Below, piece by piece: positions 25,801-38,400 of a stretch of DNA of 64,000 bases. The stretch lies in contig MU053881.1 in the NCBI GenBank assembly GCA_013239625.1, positions 6,905,957 through 6,969,956 on the forward strand, read 5' to 3'. This DNA is from Lama guanicoe (Eukaryota). Within the stretch, counting starts at the first letter, position 1. Each line of letters opens with the position of its first letter. The notes beneath the pieces were generated by a model that did not search any database, was not told the origin of the DNA, and saw only the letters and a list, made by a program, of their open reading frames with translations. The position numbers and the translations under genes are program-made.

Positions 25801-28559
25801 CCGACCCCATGAGCCCCCATCCCGTGTACTCACACGACATTGTTCTTATTGTGCACAGACTGTCCTCTTTCTAACTTGGAGATACTGATTGCAAAGCCTA
25901 AGAAGGCCTCTATGAACCTTTCAGTTTGCTCCTTCATGAGCTCTGGGCTTCCCCACCTGGCTGGGGGAGAGACAGAGAGATGGGAGGGCACCCATCTTCC
26001 TCCTCCAGCCGCAACTTTCTATCACCATGCCTTACCTGCTCCCCACTCCTGCTCTGCTTCATGCCTGAAGCCAAGACCGATGCTCTTTGGCGGATCATTG
26101 CGAGTTGGCCCCAGCCTTCCTCGATGTGGCGTCCCCTCTGCTGTGTGCTATCCCCCGAGGCTGCGCTCGTGACTGCCCACTTTATAGGTGTGGAGCCTGT
26201 GGCTGGGCCAAGTGAGCCGGCTTGCACAGGGTCATCAGATCTTCCTGGAGTCCTGAGCCCTTCTTGGACACCAACTAGCCCTGCCCCGGAACTTCTGGAA
26301 CCCTCCAGCCAGAGATGGCAGATGTGAAACTCATGAGTGTTGGGAAATCACCGAGGACTGGGGAAGCGGAGAGACTCCAGGCTCAAGCAACCAGCTTCCC
26401 CTTGCGCCACCTGCCTTCATGGCCTTGGCTGCCCTTCCTGGGGAATGGGTCTGGGGCCCTGCTGGGAGGGCCCCCGAAGGCCTGCCTCACGGGAGGTGCC
26501 ACATCGTCTTCTTAACTTGTCTAGACTGCCTACCTCACTGTTCTTCACGGAAGGCAGGCTGATAGCATGGAAACTGTGCTGGGTCTGGAGCCAGAGTTGG
26601 GTTGGAATCCCTACTCCACCTTGTGCAATTTAGGTAATGTCTCAGAGCACCGGAGGAGGCAGAGAGGAAAAGGACTGGGGCTCTGGACTCAGAGAGAGTT
26701 CCAGACAAGACCCGGCTGCACAGCCTACTTGCTGGGGGCAGGGGACAAGGAGTGTCACCTCTCTGAGCCTCAGTTTTCTCTTCTGTGAAGTGGGAGTGGT
26801 CATAGCGCCAACAGTTAAATTAAGACAACCGGTGAAGAGCTCTTAGGTGTCCCAATGCAGGCCTCGTAGGAAAGATGCCACATGTTGTATCTGTGATGAT
26901 TCTTCACCATCGTCACACTGTCAGCCACGTTTCTCAACTGCTATGTGTCTCTCCTAAATGGGCTCCATGGATTGCCCATCTTGGCCACATTTATTCAATA
27001 ATTCTTCCAAAGGAGACCAACATTTAGCTATAACTTAATTCCAACTTCTGCTTTTCTGTAGATTTTTATTCTCATGAGGGTGGGTGAACATCATTTAAAA
27101 AAAATTGCTTCTCATTCTAAGGATAATCTTGAATGTTCCTTTCCACAGGTACGGTGTGTTTTAGGTGCTCATGAAGCACAACCCAACCCAACACACACAC
27201 ACACACACACCCCACACACACCACACACAGGTTCAGAATGCCCTCCCTCAGCTCCGTCTCCCAAGGCCCTGTTTAAATTCCGACAAATTCCATGACATCT
27301 TCTTCGCCTGCCATACTTGGAAGTGATTTCTCTCTTCCTCTCTTTTCAAATGGGTTTTATCATTTGCTGCCCTTCTGGGGATTTGAAAATTGAAGTGACC
27401 TCTCCCACCAATGGCGGAGCTTTTGAACAGCAGGCCACGCTTTACAGAGCACGGTTAGTTACTGCGAGCTCCTAGGTACCAGCCCTGTGAGGAGCGCTCA
27501 GCCTGGGCTGCCTCCGCTGATACCCCTGGCGCCCTCTGAGATGAGGATGACAGCAGCTCAGGCTCGAGGTGCTAAGCCCAGGATGAAGCACAATTCTCAT
27601 TTACACAATGACCTAGGCAGGCTGGTGCATTGCAGTAACGGTGGGGGTTCCTTAGATTGTGCCTAAGATGTAAACTGTGCGTGGCCAGAGTTATCCTTGA
27701 AAGAGCTTCAGGAAGGCACTGCCTCACGCGCCAATCTAACTTCACTCAGTGGGTGCGACAGAGCTTGGTTCTTCCCTCAAGCATCGGGACAGATGGCCAT
27801 CCGCGTGTGCACGTGCATGGAGCACTAGATGGAGCGGTGAACTTGTGTTTGGAGGTTCTGATGTTGCACAAATGCAATGTTTGCTTTTTAGACACTGGGC
27901 TTGCCCTCTGTCAAGGAGATGCTCAGATATGAGAAATCCGCGGGGTCTGAGACCGACTAAGAAAACAGAAAATTCCCATCTCCTGTCTCCAGGGGATGTT
28001 CTCTTTAGACAGAATTTAGGGAGGAATCAATAGTAAATAGAATACATGGGGAAAACAATAGTGACTAGAATTTATGGCAGCATCAACAGCAACCATTATT
28101 TTTTTTTCTTTAACTTCTTCCCCTTAAGTTTGTCTAGTTAAATGCATGTAAGTTTCATGTGCATATGAAACAATTCTTCTGTGTTCCTAGTTCATAGATA
28201 TGGACATGGAGCTTCCTAGAGTTTAAGCCCGTGCCTGAGGTTGCACAGCACGGAAACAGTCGTTATCAGAAGTTAAGCCTGGGTTTACCCAGTAGAGCCC
28301 CTTTCTCAGCCCTGGTGCCCGACTCCCTCACAGAGACTCCTCTCGTAGTAACCGTAAGGAGGCACCTAAAGTTGGCTCAACGTTATCCTTTTGAGAGAAA
28401 CTGAGGGGGTGGTTGGAAAACATTAAAAGGTCACGCTCCTTCCCCTGGCAGCTCACTGATGTGGGAGACTGTCTACATTTTAGGTCAACTGTCAAATTAC
28501 ATTTTCATCTGCAAAGACTGCAGCCAAACAGGAATGAGGTTTAGACACACGGGTGCCAG

Positions 28560-28976
28560 GGATTTTTAAAGGAAGTGCACTTGGGCTCGCGTTGGTGTCT
28601 AAGTCCCCTTCCCTGTCCCCTGCACTGGGCCAGGGTGGACGGCGCCGTGGGGAATTACCAGCCCCGTGGCTCTCTCTGCCTCTCGGGCCCTCGGAGCCCG
28701 GCTTCCTTGTTTACTTACTTAGAGCCCAGCAGAGGAAGTGGTAAAGGAAACTTGCTGAGTCGTTTTCTGAGAAGAGACCATATTTGCTCACAGAGGAAGC
28801 CGTTGCTTTCTGGGATCAGGCCTCAGCAGAAAGGACGTCTACTCCAACGAGGCCTTTCCTGAGGGTACCTGGGAGTTGGAAGAGCCAAGGACGCCTCCAC
28901 ACTCTGGATTTGGGGTTCTCCGTCCATGGGCGCAGCCCCCACGCTCAGCTTGTGAGCTCCGTCCCGAAGAGCAGCC
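28560..28976 (+). promoter_or_regulatory. LCP2: LCP2 proximal promoter / 5'UTR, TATA-less and ETS-rich
   Basis: AAAGGAAGTG 28568, CTTCCTTGTTTAC 28702, AGAGGAAGTG 28731, TTCTGAGAA 28765, CAGAGGAAG 28791 just upstream of the ATG; TSS cannot be placed. Confidence 0.7.
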
Positions 28977-29054
28977 ATGGCATTCAGGAACGTGCCCTTT
29001 CGCTCCGAGGTCCTGGCCTGGGACTCCGACAGCCTTGCAGACTATTTCAGGAAG
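28977..29054 (+). CDS. LCP2: LCP2 coding exon 1 (MAFRNVPFRSEVLAWDSDSLADYFRK), start of SAM domain
   Basis: Kozak gcagccATGG; donor AAG|gtgagc. Confidence 0.97.
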
Positions 29055-32000
29055 GTGAGCCTCGCTCTTTGGTGGGTGGTAGGGCTGGGCAGACGCTTGA
29101 AGATGGAGTCCGGGCAGAACAGGGAGGCGCGGAGGAGCGCTGTGGACCATCCCACCCCGTGCAGCCTCACCGGTTGAGTGAGCACCATGTACAGATATAT
29201 GTTCACCACTGTGTGCTCCTGGCAGTGAGTTCTGGGGAGAAGGAAGGACCTCAAAGGGACATGTACCTTCTACGTGCTGGGGCTTCAGTTTGTGCTCTTC
29301 AGGCACTGTTCTTCTAACTCTCGCCAGGAGTTTTGTCCCCGTAGCTCAGCTGCAAAATAAGCTCAGGGAGGCTTAACTGGCCCAAAGCCCCAGGGACTGC
29401 ATGTGGCCGAGGCAGGATTCCAGTCACACCTGCCTGGCTTCAGAGTCCAAGCTCTGAGCCCCAGAACTTCTGTAACTGTTAGTGAGATCAAGGCTACTTT
29501 CTAGAAAAGGGAGGCATGGAGTCCTGGAAGTAGGAGAGAGGAAAGACAGGGTCCAAGCCTCTGATGAATGATGCCGGAGGTGGCGTCTGGGCAAGTCATT
29601 GCTCATGATCTTGAAAGAGGGCTCTTCAAGCCCTTACCCGGACAGAATCTCACTGGAGCTTTGAGGGCCGAGAAACCGACATGCGATCCAGGCCACAGCT
29701 AGGGAAACTGAGGCCCCTGAAGAGGAAAAGCTTTGCTAGGCAGGGTCAGAGGCCAAGCCTGCAGCAGAGCTGAGACCAGAGTATTGCTGTCCCTGCCTTC
29801 CAGCCTTGAAGATGTTCAAGGATCCCCATTCTTGGTCATCTGCTGGTGGGACCACAGGTCACACATCTGCCTGGGCAGATCCCGAGTCACATGACTCAGT
29901 TAGGGACCCTCTATCCCTGTCCAAGGGGTATGATGTCTCGTGAGGGACACCTGAGCTTCTAAGACTCCCATCTCTGGCAGCTGGCATCAAATTCAGTTGA
30001 TACTCTAGATTTTCACAAAGATGAGATTTTAAGTCAAGACCTCAGAGGTTATCTCAGTCGACTTTCTATTTTTCTTCGGGTGGCGCAGGCTCCCCGGAAC
30101 ACAGAGCTAATGGGGTTTATAATGGTACCAAAGTATTTCCAGTCACAGCTGTTCTTCCCCAAGAAAAATGTGAAAATGCTGAAGCCGGTGTGGCTTGAGG
30201 GAGCCCCCAGATCCTATTATTTGCTCCTTTTGGTGCATCTCATTTCTATTATTTTTCCCATTAAAAGGTCATAATAAACACGTTTCAGCACCGTGGATGC
30301 AAAGATCATTGAGATAACTGCCTTGAAGGATGTTTCTAAATACTTTTTTAAAAATGTAGAGCAAATACACTAGAGCGACAAGTGAAATTTGCTAAGATGC
30401 TATGAAGTAGCATATTACCTCAATAAAGAAAAGAGAAAAGAGGTAGGAATTAGCAAGACATAGCTGGGGACGGGCTGAGAGGCACAGACAGGCCCCATCT
30501 CCAATGTGAGAGGGAGAATTACATAACCCAGCAGAGCAACTGAAGAATCCATGGGTAGAGCTCCCCTTAGCACAGGGAGATGGACTGCAGGTCGGGATGA
30601 TTCAGGGAGACAGCTCTCTGCCTGAGCTGGGGGAGGGAAGAGTTTTCTTGGGGACCCCAGACTCCAGGTTGAGTTTGCAGCACTGCAATAGGTTCCCCCT
30701 CCCAGCAAGAAAGGACTGAAGACATGAACCAGGAGCCTGAGGGGCACCTGTGACCCAGGAAGTCCCAGCCCTCCTCAGACCCAGATAAACTCGCTTTAAA
30801 TCTTCAGCACCTCAATTCCCCCAGAGAGGAAACGCCAAGGGAACTGACCATGGAGTTACGTTGGGATCTATCTTAACCAGCAAGAGTCCTATTGGCAGTT
30901 GCAATTTCTAATGAGGCAGTGGGGTCCGGTCCCCCTTGGAGGCTGACTCCAGCCAGCTCTGGAGTCAGACATACACCTTGGTTTGAATCCTGCCTCTACC
31001 ACCTGCTAGCTTTGTGACTCTCCCTTAGTTACTTCACCTCTCTGGGTCTCGGCTTCTTCGTCAGTAAAACAGCAATGCTGACAGTAACTAACCTCATGGG
31101 ATTGTTGGGAGAGTTAAAGGAAATACATATGTGAGGCCTTCAGCAGAGAGAGGGGGCCAGTTCATGCTCCATCTTCCCTTGTCCCTGCTCTGTTCACTGG
31201 ACCCGAGCTGGGGACACCATGCAGAGCGACGGTGTCTTCCTGTCTCACATACACGCCACTCATCCTGCCTGGAATGTAAGCCCTTGAGGACTGAGGCCAT
31301 GTTTTGTATTTCTTTAACTCCTCCAACTCCTTATGGCTTGGCAGGAAGGCATCCCTGGGCCAGGCAGTGGAGAAGGCTCTGGCTCGGCCATGTAGTAAGC
31401 TTTCAAAAATTACTGGAAGTTTCTATTATCACTATTGGAGCAGCAGTTCGGTAAACAACCTAGTTTGGTTCACCAGTAGTGAGTCGTTAATTTAAAAGAA
31501 TGCTCAAAATCAGTTTGCGATAACACGAAGCAGTGCCTATAGTATCATTTTTAGGTAATTTCAAGAGAAAAGGTCAGGTTAACAAGGTTGAATATAAATG
31601 ATAACCTCAGTTATGTTTAGAAAGATGCCCAGGATAAAACACTGAAGGGGACACAGCGCCATGTTCACTGAGGTTGTCTTTGGGTGGCGAGACGGTGAAT
31701 GCTGTTTATTTTCTCCTTTCGGCTCCTCTTTACTTGCCAGAGGAGCATGTGGCCAGCCCTTTGTAGCCCTAAGGGCACCCTCTTTCTGTAGGGGTTGGCC
31801 CCAAAGCCTTAGACCGAGACGATTTCTCCATTTCGGAGAGCCCCAAGGGGTTAGTGAAAGCAGGGCTGAGGTAGGGACTGGGCCCCTCTGTCAGACAGGG
31901 GAGGGATGGGGGAGGCTGGCTAGCCACAAGTACCACAAATTGCTAAGCTTCTGGGGCAGGCAAGGGAGGGGAACCAACGGCATGAGCCTGCCCACACTGA

Positions 32001-32362
32001 CAGCATCTCCCCTCCTCGTTGCAGCTCAACTACAAGGACTGTGAAAAGGCCGTGAGGAAGTATCACATTGATGGGCTGCGGTTTTTGGTAAGTGCTGGCC
32101 AGTCCGACACATGGAGACCGAAGCTGTTCTGCACCTCAGTTGATGGCCGCAGGGCCACCTGATCTGCCCTGTCCCCGGGGCTGCCCAGGGGCAAAGCCTG
32201 CCTGCAGGACCCCCACACAGCCCGTGGCCTTCTTCAGTTTTGTATGAACACCTGTCTCATCACCTCTCGGGAGGGAGCGTCTTATTCAGGATACCTCCCA
32301 GATCTTTCACCGCTACCAACGTAGATTCTAAAGTCAAAGTATAAGGAGGAATCCAATTATAG

Positions 32363-32401
<39 letters not shown>

Positions 32402-35400
32402 CTTGAAAATCTATTCAAATACCACCCATACTTTGAGAAGGCCAAGGGGAAAAAAAGACCGTATGGGACAACAGAAGATTCTCTTCTCCCATCTCTCACT
32501 CTGGGGTGCGTAGTCACTGACTAGAATAAAGGGTGGAATCACCGTCATTATTTCAATTATGTCCCTCTTTCTCTCTGCTAAATTCACATAGTTGGTTTTG
32601 TGCCAATTAAACACACATGTGCCCTGGCTTTCTCCACTCCGTTTTCACTGCAAAAATCTTCAAGTATAAGACTAAGATGCATCTGCATATTAAGGGGTAA
32701 GCCATTAGATGAGGAGGGATGCAGCTCTAATTGGCGGATTTAGAGGCATTGGGTAGCAGCTGGGGAGGTGCTCTGAGCACTTCCCCTGAAATGACACCTC
32801 TGCCGATGGGGAAAAGAGACCCTGACTGCACCAATCCATCCCTTCTGGTCATGATTCTTCATTGTTTAAAAAAGAAGTAGGAACAGTCTCATGGGGTTGA
32901 TCTGGAGTTGGGAGGTGGGAGTGGATGGGCAAGCAAAGCTGTGTTTCCTTGTAAGACCTAGTCAGCAACAGTGAGGGAACTGGGCCATCAGACTGCAGGG
33001 TTGGAAGGGGCCAGAGAGGTCATACGCCCTAGTTTTCCACCCAGCACACCAATCCATTCCTATATTGCCTCTCTGCCACCATGAGATTCTTGAATCCCTT
33101 TAGTGATGGTGAGCTGACTGCCACCTATAGTCATCTGTTCCTTCCTGGGCAGCTCCGAAGTCTCATGCTGAGACCAAACCTGTGTCCTGTTGGTCTGAGT
33201 TTTGCTTTCATGTGCCATGTGAGATGTGTCTACTCAGTGTCCCACCTAAATCACTCATATATTCACCCTGCCGTTCACCTATCTGACAAGCATTTTCCTG
33301 AGCTCCTCTTGCATACCAGACCATGCCATGTGCTGGGACAGAGAGATCATTAAGATGTGATTCCTGCCTTCCAGAAGTTTGTTGTATAGCAGAAAGTTGT
33401 CTTCAGGAAGGCTCCAACCACCTCCTTTGCAACTGAAGAAATATGTACAGAGGTGTGATGTGACACACACCTAGGGATTGAACTGAAGCACACATTTAAT
33501 TTAAGCTAACACTGTATGAGTTTTTAACAATGCTATTTCTTTATATTGAGCTTTGAGACAATAGAATTACGGGAGTTTTATTGGTCTTCTTGGAACTTAC
33601 CGCTAAATCTGACTCTTTCTTTCTGCTGCCTTGAGCACTGAGAACAGAGACTCCTCAGGGCTGAGTGGAAAAGGAGTAAGACATCTTTCTTGAGGATGGT
33701 CCTGGGTGTGGTCCTGATGCCCTGGGTCACCTTGAACAAGCACTTGCCCTCCCTGAGCCTCCCCTTGGTCTCTCCTCTGTTAATGGAGTGTGTTGGACCA
33801 GGCGATAGTGGGTGACAGTCCCTTCCAGCTCTGGTGGCCCCTTGTGAGCTGCATGCCTGTTAGGACTTAGTTGTTGCCTCGGTTGAGGAGCTTTGCCTCC
33901 TCTGCCCCAATATCTGGCACCTGCCAGGCCCTTGGAGAACACTGCACATTCTCATCACTGTGTGGACAGGAGGAAGTGGAAAGAGGGGCTGAGGAGCCAG
34001 GAGATCAGGGAACAGAACCAGGGCTTGCCCCACAGCGGGGGTGTTTAAAGGCAGCTTCTGTTGAAATCACCCTCCATCCCAGGTGCCCTGGATACAACTT
34101 GGGGTCTGGTCTGAGCGCTGATCTCTCACCTGTCACTCCTAGCTTCATAATATCCAGGACCATTCTGTTATTGAAGAGGCAGAAGTGGAAGGCCCTAGTC
34201 TTTTCCCCTCCCTCCCTCCCTTCCTTCCTTCCTTTTTTCCCTCATTCCTTCTTCAGCACAGAGCTGGCGGGTCCCTTGTATCTGTTTTGCTGCCATCTTG
34301 TTTTCCATTGAGAAGTGGGTCAGGGGGGTGGGGGTGCTATGGTTCCAGAAGCTTAAAGACGAGGAGGACATATGCTTGGAAGCTGTACCTGTTAGAAACG
34401 TGTGCAGTTACATGTAACAGAAACCTAACCACAGGGACTTAACCAAGTAGGGATTTATCTTTCTCAAGTGATAGAAAAAAAAAAATCCAGAGGTGGGCAC
34501 TTGGGGCTGGTGAGCTGCTGAAAGAAGTCATCAAGAACTCAGGCCCTACCCAGCCAATGGAAAAAGTCTGTGGCTTCTGTCCAAATGGTTACAAAATGGC
34601 TACTCCTACTCGTGATAGTCCAGGCATCACGTCTGCATTCCAGGCAGGAGGAAGGGGGAAGGGCAAAGACTGAAAAATGCAAAAGTGCATGGGGAATGCA
34701 TTCTCCCATATTTTTAGGTAAACTTTCCCAAAATCTCTATCCAGTAGACTCCAGGTTATAGCTCACCGGTCACAGCTGAGTCCCATGACCTCAGCCACAT
34801 GCAAGGGAGTCCAGGATGTTAAATATTTTGAACTGGGCACATTAACTGCTCTGACTGAAACCCAGGTCCTGTCAGTAAGTGAGAAGGAGAGTGGATATTG
34901 GTAGGCAAGCAGCAGCACCTGCCACATCGCGCTCCAGGCGGGTCCCAATTCGCAGCTTCTCTGTCTCACGTTCCTCTTGAAGACACGCTCAGCGTGTAAA
35001 CATACTCCTGCAAGGCCACAAGTCTAGCTCCAAGTCACGGTACAAGTAATCCAGAGTTTGCTGAGGGTTTTTTAAAGGAGGTGGAGCAGAGGGTTACATT
35101 ACATAGCAAAATTCTCCAAAAACCCTATTTAAGTGTCTTCCATTTTTCCTCTCAGCTCCTATCCATGTTCCAAAGGCCTTTCTCTTTCCTAACATCCTGT
35201 TTCTGTGTCTCCAGCCATGCCCACATCCACCTTCTCCTTCACACGCTTCCTGAAATTCCCTCAGCTGATGTCCTTGGCTCACCAAAACAGAAGGCAGTGG
35301 CCGGCCGCCCAGTTCTCAGCATTCATTCCCCTGGCAACTCCCAAGGAGCCCTGCATTCATCATGCCCCAGTCTGAACCTCAATCTTGGTACCTTCCCTGA

Positions 35401-38400
35401 GAAAGGGGTGTTTCTGGAGGGAGGAGATGCAATTGCTCAGTGCTGCAGAAAGAAAAAAAAGAAGACATTAAGAAGTTTGACCAAAAGCTCTGATTGTCTC
35501 AGGACTCTTGACAAACTCCCTCCCCACCCCTGCCACAGGGTCTGAGATGGGGGCTGGGTCAGACACTGCTCCTAAAAGCTGGATGAGGCCATCAGCACAT
35601 TGCTAAGAGGCCCCAGTCCCTGTGCCAGCTGGGCTCAAAGTGAAGCGTGCCCAGCTCACCCCAAAAGGCAGCCAACAATCTGCCAGGCAGCCCTCAGCCC
35701 AGAGCTGGAGAAGAAGCAAAGACACTTCCAAGAGCCAGCCAGACCTCAGCTGCTCCCTCTCCCAGGGCAGAAATTATTCACCGAATTCCTGTTTGCCACT
35801 GAATCATGCAGTGGACTCACATCATCTCATTCAAACCTCACAAGCCCTGAAATGGGGCTATTGCTATTATGGTTCCCATTTTACAGATAAGGAAACTGAG
35901 AGACTAAGTGTCTGCCCCAAATCAAAAAGCTGCTAAGTGAAGGAACCAAGATTTAAATACAACCTGTCTGACTCCAGAGCTCCCACCCTAACCATGGGCT
36001 TCTGGCCTCAGAATATCACTGGGGCCCCTTCTTCGGCTGAGTCTTGATTTTAAGGAAAGTGAGCCCACTCTCTTTTCTGGCACTCCCGCCTCTCCTCCCT
36101 TCAAGGGGCCTTCTTCTCTCTCCCTCCCTTACCCCTTCCGTCCAACACAAGCCACCAGGACCATACAGGGCTCAGACGTGATAGGAGGGAAGCCTGCAGG
36201 AAGAAAACAGACCTTGGATGCCATAGAGCAGGGCTCCAGCCCCAACTTCATCACCTACAAGCTGAAATTCCCTTAAGATCCCCGGGCCCCGGCTTTCTCG
36301 CTACAATAGGAGCAACGCTGATAGTTCCCACATCACAGGGTTGATGGGAGGATGAATCGCGGTGCCGTAAGGAGAAGCCCAGTCAGCTCTTCACAAATAC
36401 GAGTCTCTTTTTCCTTTCCCCTCTTGATTCCCTCAGGAAGTCCTCTTTATCGCATCCCCCATCTGGAGAATTCTACAAATAACCCTGGTGAAAGAGGCAT
36501 TGGGGTGGGATGATGGGCTAAGGGCATAGATTCCTTCTCCAGGCTGGCTCTTCTCAGCTGCTCCATGTGGATACTGAGAGGGGCCCTGAGGTTTGGGGTA
36601 AGAGTCTAGGGGAGACATCACAACACAGCCAAGTTCCACCTACAAAACAAGTTCTGTGTGGTCCCATGGATTTAGCTCTCACAGTGTTTGCTCATTTGCT
36701 TTAGTCAAAATTATTTGTCAGTATTTAGAACAGAAGAAATTTCATATAAAATCCAGGTTTCAGGATTCCCTTTGAAAAAGATCTGGCAACACCAGGCCTA
36801 CGGGTTTTTTGCACCATCTGGAAGCTGCCCACTTTGGATGGATGAGTGGGTAGTACTCTTCAGTTTGCCACAGTCCCCACTGCTCCCTATTGTTTCATAC
36901 CTAACTTTACTGACCTGGCCCAGAGTCCTTCCTGTGGGTTGTAACCTACCATTGTCTTCATTTCAGAACCTGGCAGAGAATGACATCCAGAAGTTCCCTA
37001 AGCTCCGGGTGCCGTAAGTACACAGCCTGATTCCTTGGGTGGTTTGGAGAACAGAGGTTGGAATGGGGAGTCGTCCAGGGGGATCTGAGTCAGTTATCCA
37101 TCACTATTTATTGGTTTGAAATAGGAAAGTGAGCAGGAAGGGTGAAGGCAAGGGCGGGGTATGAGGAAGAGAAGTTACACAATGAATTAAGAAAAAGTAA
37201 CAGATCCAGCCCAGCTGGTGTGTTGGCTGCTCTTGCCAAAGATAAGCCTGACTCCGGACCTCGTTTTCATTTCCTCTCTCCCCAGTGGGGTGGGTTGGCC
37301 TTTGAAACAGCACCAGAATCAAGTGATCTGAGATTTCATCATGGTGTCCTCACCAACTCAGTAATTTCTTAAGTTTTCTGGACCTCAGTTTCCAGCTCCA
37401 TAAAATGAGAGAGTTGGGCCCGATGAAGAATGACAATGGACGTCATTTTGTCTGTCAATACTGACTGCCTGCAATGGCTGTCAGGACCATCGTGTTGAGA
37501 AGGATTCTGAGGAAAGCGGGGCCATTTCTGATGTCTGACATGGGTGCTAAAATGGGACGCTTTAGCGTGCATATTGTGCTATATTGTGTCTTCTGTCCCT
37601 CTAGTAGAAGCCTCACATACTCAGATGCTTATAGGAGCCAGGCAGGTGATAATAAATGTGTAAAACAGGCCAGGCTGAAAAATACAAAGTCCTGTTGATT
37701 TCTCTTTCATTTTACCACCTGTGAATAAAATATAGGTATGGAGAAATATTTCTCCACCATAAGAAAAATGATAGCACAATTACGATGATAAAAGAGGTAA
37801 TCAACACAAAGCCTCCTTGTTGGTGAAACAATAGGGAGTGGTGGAGACTGTGGTAAATCAGCATCTTATTCTCCATCCAAAGGGAGCAGCAGCTTACTCA
37901 GCTCCAGTCAGTGTGGACCCAGTGATGCCCACTTTTCAAGTTTATCAAAAGTAGCTAGAAATATCAGTTTTATGCAATGTATCCCAATTTTTAAATCTTC
38001 CAAGATATTTTTAAATATTGTGAATGCCAAAGAAAACCTATCGATAGGCTAGATTTAGTCTTGAGGGCACCAGTTTGAGATCTCTACTCTGGCCTTCCTC
38101 TGAGGCCCTTTCTTTTGCTCTAAGTCTCAGAGCTCACAACGGTAAAAGGGAAGTAGGTCAATGAAGTATAAGGTTAAAAAGTCTCATGAGTAAGTAGAAG
38201 TTCCAGAGTAGCTCAACGAAGGAAAATGTGACTCTTAGGTTTCCCTCAGCTGGAAGGGTGAAGGAAAAAAATGGAGCAAGGATTGGCCTTTGGTGCTGCC
38301 TACCTCTGGGGTAACTATTGTTAAAGGATGCTTTTTCTTCTTAAAGATTTTCTCTAGCCACATATGGCTATTTAAATTTAAATTCAATTAAAAATTCAGT

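Noticed and set aside
25262..26420. CTCF-like GCGCCACCTGC cores at ~25265 and ~26404
   Set aside because: Lack the conserved TGG that follows (CCA on the motif strand); much weaker than the 53612 site
1..28500. Exons of neighbouring genes expected from human synteny (KCNIP1 alternative first exon, KCNMB1)
   Set aside because: No matching peptide seen by eye or in the ORF track; a short exon could have been missed
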